Shown one piece after another: positions 60,565 through 64,000 of a stretch of DNA of 64,000 nt. Position numbers and translations under genes: made by a program. Where the stretch lies: NCBI GenBank assembly GCA_050304175.1, contig JBNLDE010000219.1, positions 11,545 through 75,544 on the forward strand, written 5' to 3'. The stretch comes from Zhengella sp. Its GTDB lineage: Bacteria > Pseudomonadota > Alphaproteobacteria > Rhizobiales > Rhizobiaceae. Under the pieces are notes generated by a model. It saw only the letters and a list, made by a program, of their open reading frames with translations, had not been told where the DNA came from and did no database searches. Each line of letters begins with the position of its first letter. The stretch's first letter is position 1.

Positions 60565-60807
60565 TCAGATTCCGAGCAGTTCCATCGCTTCGGCGAGCGT
60601 CTTTACGGAGGCGGTGTGGTCCCCCGCCTTGTGTTCTACTTCGCCGCGGGCGCGCAGTTCCTTCACCTTCGCCATGTCCGCCCCGGACAGCGATGCAGTC
60701 TTCAGGGCTTCGTCGATCTTGGCCATGTCGGCGGGACAATGAAAGGCGAATGCGTTGACCGTGAGCGCGAGCGTTGCAGCAGATGCGAGCAGGACTTTGC
60801 GGATCAT
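60565..60807 (-). CDS. Small exported protein (hypothetical)
   Basis: 80 aa. Signal peptide MIRKVLLASAATLALTVNAFA, then a helical Lys/Ala/Glu-rich mature part with one Cys (FHCPAD). GGAGG lies upstream of the ATG. Confidence 0.6.
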   Translation of the reverse strand: MIRKVLLASAATLALTVNAFAFHCPADMAKIDEALKTASLSGADMAKVKELRARGEVEHKAGDHTASVKTLAEAMELLGI

Positions 60808-61083
60808 GAGAGCCTCCTGATTTCTATTTCCCTCTCCGGCTTGTCTTTGCCGGTACCGCAGGCGACCAGCGGATTGCGCCGGAAATATGTCCGCCGCCCG
60901 TTCCGGCAGGATGCGGCGTCTGCGGGAGATACGGGCTTATGCAAATCTTAAGACTGCGTGTGTAGGTCGATTGTGGCGCGGTATTGCCAGTAGTCGACCG
61001 ACAATTCCGCGCGCAATGCGAAGTGTATCGAGGACGAGTATCGTGTCCCAGTTTCCGAGTTCTGTGCCCGCGGACCTCAATTC

Positions 61084-61119
61084 CTTTCCGGCGCTGTCGA
61101 TCGTCGATCGGCCGGAAAG
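61084..61119 (+). other. Hairpin directly upstream of the methyltransferase start
   Basis: Perfect 9-bp stem CTTTCCGGC/GCCGGAAAG. The 18-nt loop contains the tandem heptamer GTCGATC GTCGATC. The hairpin ends 10 nt before the ATG at 61130. Confidence 0.35.
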
Positions 61120-61129
61120 TTCCTGACCG

Positions 61130-61864
61130 ATGGAGCGCGTCGCCTACCAGAACATGGCCGATCACGAGGAAACCCATTGGTGGTTTGCCGGCCGTCGCGC
61201 CTTCCTCGCCAATCTAATCGAGCGGGAATTTGCCGGGCGCGCCGGCGGCCTTTCGATCCTGGAGGCCGGGTGCGGCTCCGGCGGCAATCTGGCCCTGCTC
61301 GCCGATTATGGCGCGGTCGATGCGTTTGAAATGGACGAGGACGCTCGCGCGCGCGCCATCAGCAAAGGCCTTGCGAGGGTCCTGCCCGGCGAATTGCCGC
61401 ATAAAATTCCCCAGAAGGACGGCAAATACGATCTCGTTGCCCTGTTCGACGTGCTTGAACATGTCGACCAGCACAGGGAGACGCTGGAAGCACTCGGCGG
61501 CAAGCTGGCCGACGGCGGGCGCATCCTGATTACCGTGCCGGCGATGCCATGGCTGTGGTCGCAACACGACATTCGTCACCACCACAAGCGCCGCTATACC
61601 GCCGAGACGCTGCGCGCGGTCATCGACGAAGCTGGCCTTGCCATTGGCGATCTCGGCTATTTCAACGCCTTGCTGTTTCCTCTCGCGCTGGCCGACCGCG
61701 CGTTCACCAAGATGACGGGCAAGGACCGGCAGGGTGACGACAAGCCGTCTGAAATGCTGAACCAGTTCCTGTATTCCGTGTTCGCCCTGGAGCGCTATTT
61801 CGTCGGCGCCGGCGTACATGCTCCCTTCGGCCTCTCGCTCTACGCAGTCGCCCACAGGCCATGA
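61130..61864 (+). CDS. Class I SAM-dependent methyltransferase
   Basis: HWWF.GRR N-terminus, SAM motif I ILEAGCGSGGNL, motif II DLVALFDVLEHV. Its stop overlaps the next gene's start (ATGA). Confidence 0.85.
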   Translation: MERVAYQNMADHEETHWWFAGRRAFLANLIEREFAGRAGGLSILEAGCGSGGNLALLADYGAVDAFEMDEDARARAISKGLARVLPGELPHKIPQKDGKYDLVALFDVLEHVDQHRETLEALGGKLADGGRILITVPAMPWLWSQHDIRHHHKRRYTAETLRAVIDEAGLAIGDLGYFNALLFPLALADRAFTKMTGKDRQGDDKPSEMLNQFLYSVFALERYFVGAGVHAPFGLSLYAVAHRP

Positions 61865-63774
61865 TTGCGCTCACCCGGTTCCGGATAGCGCGGTTCTCGT
61901 TGGTCGGGGTGCTGGCGACGGCGGTTCATGTCACCCTGGCCTACGCGGCGCGCGGCGCGTTCGATCTTGCGCCCGTAACCGCCAATGCGGTCGGGTTCTG
62001 CGGCGCTTTTCTGATTTCCTATTTTGGCCACCATCAATGGACGTTCGCGCGGACGGGAAACCACCGCGCGCATCTTGCCCGCTTCCTCGTGGTTTCGATG
62101 CTGGCCTACGCCCTAAGCCATTTCATCACGGTCGCGGTGACCGGCTGGATGCATCTCAACTACGTGCTCGCTCTGGGCGTCATTCTGGTCGTGGTGCCAC
62201 CTGCCAACTACGTGGTCAGCAGTTTCTGGGCGTTCGCTGATCTCGATCGCGGGCCGGTCCTTTCGACCGGGGACAGGCGGTGGCCCGCGCTGGGCGCGGC
62301 CGCATCGATCGCGGTCTGCGCGGCCGTCTTCCTTGAATTGCAGGGCACGCCCTTCAATCACGACACGAGCTGGTACTTCGTCGCCACGCGGATGTGGATG
62401 GACGGCACGCCGCTCTACAGTGGGATCATGGAAATCAATCCGCCGATGCCGTTCTATCTGACGCGGCTGATCCTGACGGCGGGCGACGCGCTGCATTTGG
62501 GCGACGCCGAGGCCTTCAGGCTGGTGCTGTTCGCGCTGATCGGCGTCTCGCTGGTGCTGGTGGACCGCATCCTGGATTGCCCGGCGGTGAAGCCGGTCCA
62601 GCGCGCCGGCCTGCTGGTCGCGTCGGCGCTGGCACTGACCGTGACGCCGTTGCACGATTTCGGTCAACGCGAGCATTTGCTGATCATCCTTGTGCTGCCC
62701 TATCTCGTCAGCGCGGCCGTGCGCAGCACGGGGCGGGCGTCGGGACCGGCGCTGGCGATCGCGACAGCCCTGCTTGCGGTGCCGGGACTGCTGTTGAAGC
62801 CCTATTTCCTGGCGCTGCCGCTGGTCCTGACGATCCTGGCGATCGGCCGACAAAGGAGCCTGCGGCCGCTTTTTTGCTTGGAAAACCTGATCATCGGGTC
62901 GGCCACGATACTGTATCTGGCGGCCATCGTGATCTTCCATCGCGCCTATCTGGATACGGTCGTTCCGTTGGCGCGGCTGGTCTACTTCGCCTTCGACGGC
63001 CCGACCCTGCCCGTGCTGTTCAGGCCGGAACTGCTAGCGACCGGCGTTCTGGCTGTGCCGTTCGTCAGCATGGAACGAGGGCGCAGTGAAACACGCTTTG
63101 CCCTGGTCCTCGGGTCCGCGGTCGCCACCTGGACCCTAGTCTACGCCATCCAGTTCAAGGGATTTCACTACCACCTCGTTCCCGTGCTTGCGACCGCCGT
63201 GCTGCTTGGAGCCTGGCAATTGCTAGCGGCACGGGACGCGCGGGTGCGCGCGATCGCCGGGATGGCGCTGGCCCTGGTCGGCTATGTCGCGGTCATCCAG
63301 CCGATCATCGTCGGACCCTACCGGCCTTACACCGCCATACGATTGCGCGGCGCGCTGGAGAGCGACCTGTCCGGCAAGAGCGTGATGGTGTTCACGACGA
63401 ACATCTCCCGCGCCTTTCCGTTGATCAACATGACCGGCATGAGATGGACCAGCCGCTACCCGACCCAGTGGATCGAGCCGGGCGCCTATGTCGGGCTGCT
63501 GGAAACGCCAGTCGCGGACGAGGAAAAGCGCAATGATTTAGCCGAGGCGCTGGCCTATTCGCTGCGCACGGCCTCGGAGGATTTCGTACGGAACAGGCCC
63601 GAGATCGTGATTGTCGATACCCGCGAAAGGAAGAGCTATTTCGGCGGGCACGACTTCGACTGGATCCTGTTCATGAAAGCGGATGCGGCATTCGCGGCGG
63701 CGTGGAAAAACTATCGCCTGGACAAGACCATTCCCAACTTCGAGATCTGGCGGCGGAAGCCCGGCAGCGGATAA
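61861..63774 (+). CDS. GtrA-like domain fused to a large polytopic GT-C-like (family 39/83-like) membrane protein
   Basis: The first ~125 aa match the GtrA pattern (FSLVGVLATAVHV...NAVGF...ISYFGHHQWTF...VVSSFWAF). About 10 more TM segments follow, with an early loop motif (NHDTSWYF...EINPPMPFYL) reminiscent of ArnT/PMT-type transferases, then a soluble C-terminal domain. Confidence 0.75.
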   Translation: MIALTRFRIARFSLVGVLATAVHVTLAYAARGAFDLAPVTANAVGFCGAFLISYFGHHQWTFARTGNHRAHLARFLVVSMLAYALSHFITVAVTGWMHLNYVLALGVILVVVPPANYVVSSFWAFADLDRGPVLSTGDRRWPALGAAASIAVCAAVFLELQGTPFNHDTSWYFVATRMWMDGTPLYSGIMEINPPMPFYLTRLILTAGDALHLGDAEAFRLVLFALIGVSLVLVDRILDCPAVKPVQRAGLLVASALALTVTPLHDFGQREHLLIILVLPYLVSAAVRSTGRASGPALAIATALLAVPGLLLKPYFLALPLVLTILAIGRQRSLRPLFCLENLIIGSATILYLAAIVIFHRAYLDTVVPLARLVYFAFDGPTLPVLFRPELLATGVLAVPFVSMERGRSETRFALVLGSAVATWTLVYAIQFKGFHYHLVPVLATAVLLGAWQLLAARDARVRAIAGMALALVGYVAVIQPIIVGPYRPYTAIRLRGALESDLSGKSVMVFTTNISRAFPLINMTGMRWTSRYPTQWIEPGAYVGLLETPVADEEKRNDLAEALAYSLRTASEDFVRNRPEIVIVDTRERKSYFGGHDFDWILFMKADAAFAAAWKNYRLDKTIPNFEIWRRKPGSG

Positions 63775-63869
63775 ATTCCTTTCGCATTCGCACAATTTCC
63801 TGTATGAGCCCGCCAACACGACATGCGGCGGCGGCTTCCGGCTCGCGCCCCAACATTTCCGAGTGACAT

Positions 63870-64000
63870 ATGAACCTGCGAAATATCGCGATCATCGCGC
63901 ACGTCGACCATGGCAAGACGACACTGGTCGACGAACTTCTCAAACAATCCGGCGTCTACCGTGAAAACGAGCGCGTGCAGGAACGCGCGATGGATTCCGG
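63870..64000 (+). CDS. typA: Translational GTPase TypA/BipA, N-terminal fragment that runs off the window
   Basis: [28 protein letters not shown] (G1 motif AHVDHGKT). The frame is open to the window end. It is absent from the ORF track because it has no stop in the window. Confidence 0.9.
   Translation, partial: MNLRNIAIIAHVDHGKTTLVDELLKQSGVYRENERVQERAMDS

Noticed and set aside
59312-60739. 475-aa minus-strand ORF
   Set aside because: It is antisense to dxr and would also run through the small exported protein gene. It is a shadow ORF.
62113-62940. 275-aa minus-strand ORF
   Set aside because: It is antisense to the GtrA::GT-C-like membrane protein and has a highly charged Arg/Asp/Gln composition. 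It is a shadow ORF.

Overview
The window is GC-rich chromosomal DNA whose gene content and synteny fit an alphaproteobacterium of the Rhizobiales/Hyphomicrobiales type. The taxon is inferred, not proven. It is dominated by housekeeping genes. In order these include rimM-trmD-rplS, ohr-ohrR, leuC, sdhCDAB, msrA, a UbiH-family hydroxylase, tesB, glnK-amtB plus a second amt, ftsK-lolA-xthA, and a minus-strand string tsaD-gpsA-EVE-METTL20-like methyltransferase-PaaI thioesterase. They continue with hemC-hemD-Mic60-like-HemY-like, priA, transaldolase, a hybrid histidine kinase, leuS-lptE, yggS, acs, rsmB, a heparinase II/III-like gene, purH, dxr and the 5' end of typA. By eye I found no rRNA, tRNA, CRISPR array, transposase or integrase. 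Many long ORFs in the six-frame track are antisense shadows of real genes, which is usual in GC-rich DNA, and I rejected them. I do not see a convincing multi-gene novel system such as a defence island. The most unusual places are listed below.

- 49.9-52.6 kb accessory patch: it holds a hand-counted ~32% GC islet encoding a small lipoprotein. It also has a 21-codon ORF behind a 15-nt perfect anti-16S Shine-Dalgarno and an orphan TadG/vWA gene.
- CtrA boxes: two perfect TTAA-N7-TTAAC motifs and one near-perfect one, all intergenic.
- Sigma54-like promoters: two, sharing an unusual TTGAAT -12 element, in front of glnK-amtB and the second amt.
- A GGDEF protein whose active-site motif has degenerated to GRNLF.
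- A translationally coupled SAM-methyltransferase plus GtrA::GT-C-like fusion gene pair.
- Bacterial counterparts of three mitochondrial proteins: Mic60, SDHAF4/DUF1674 and METTL20.

All functional calls rest on motifs I recognise in the translations. No database search was run.
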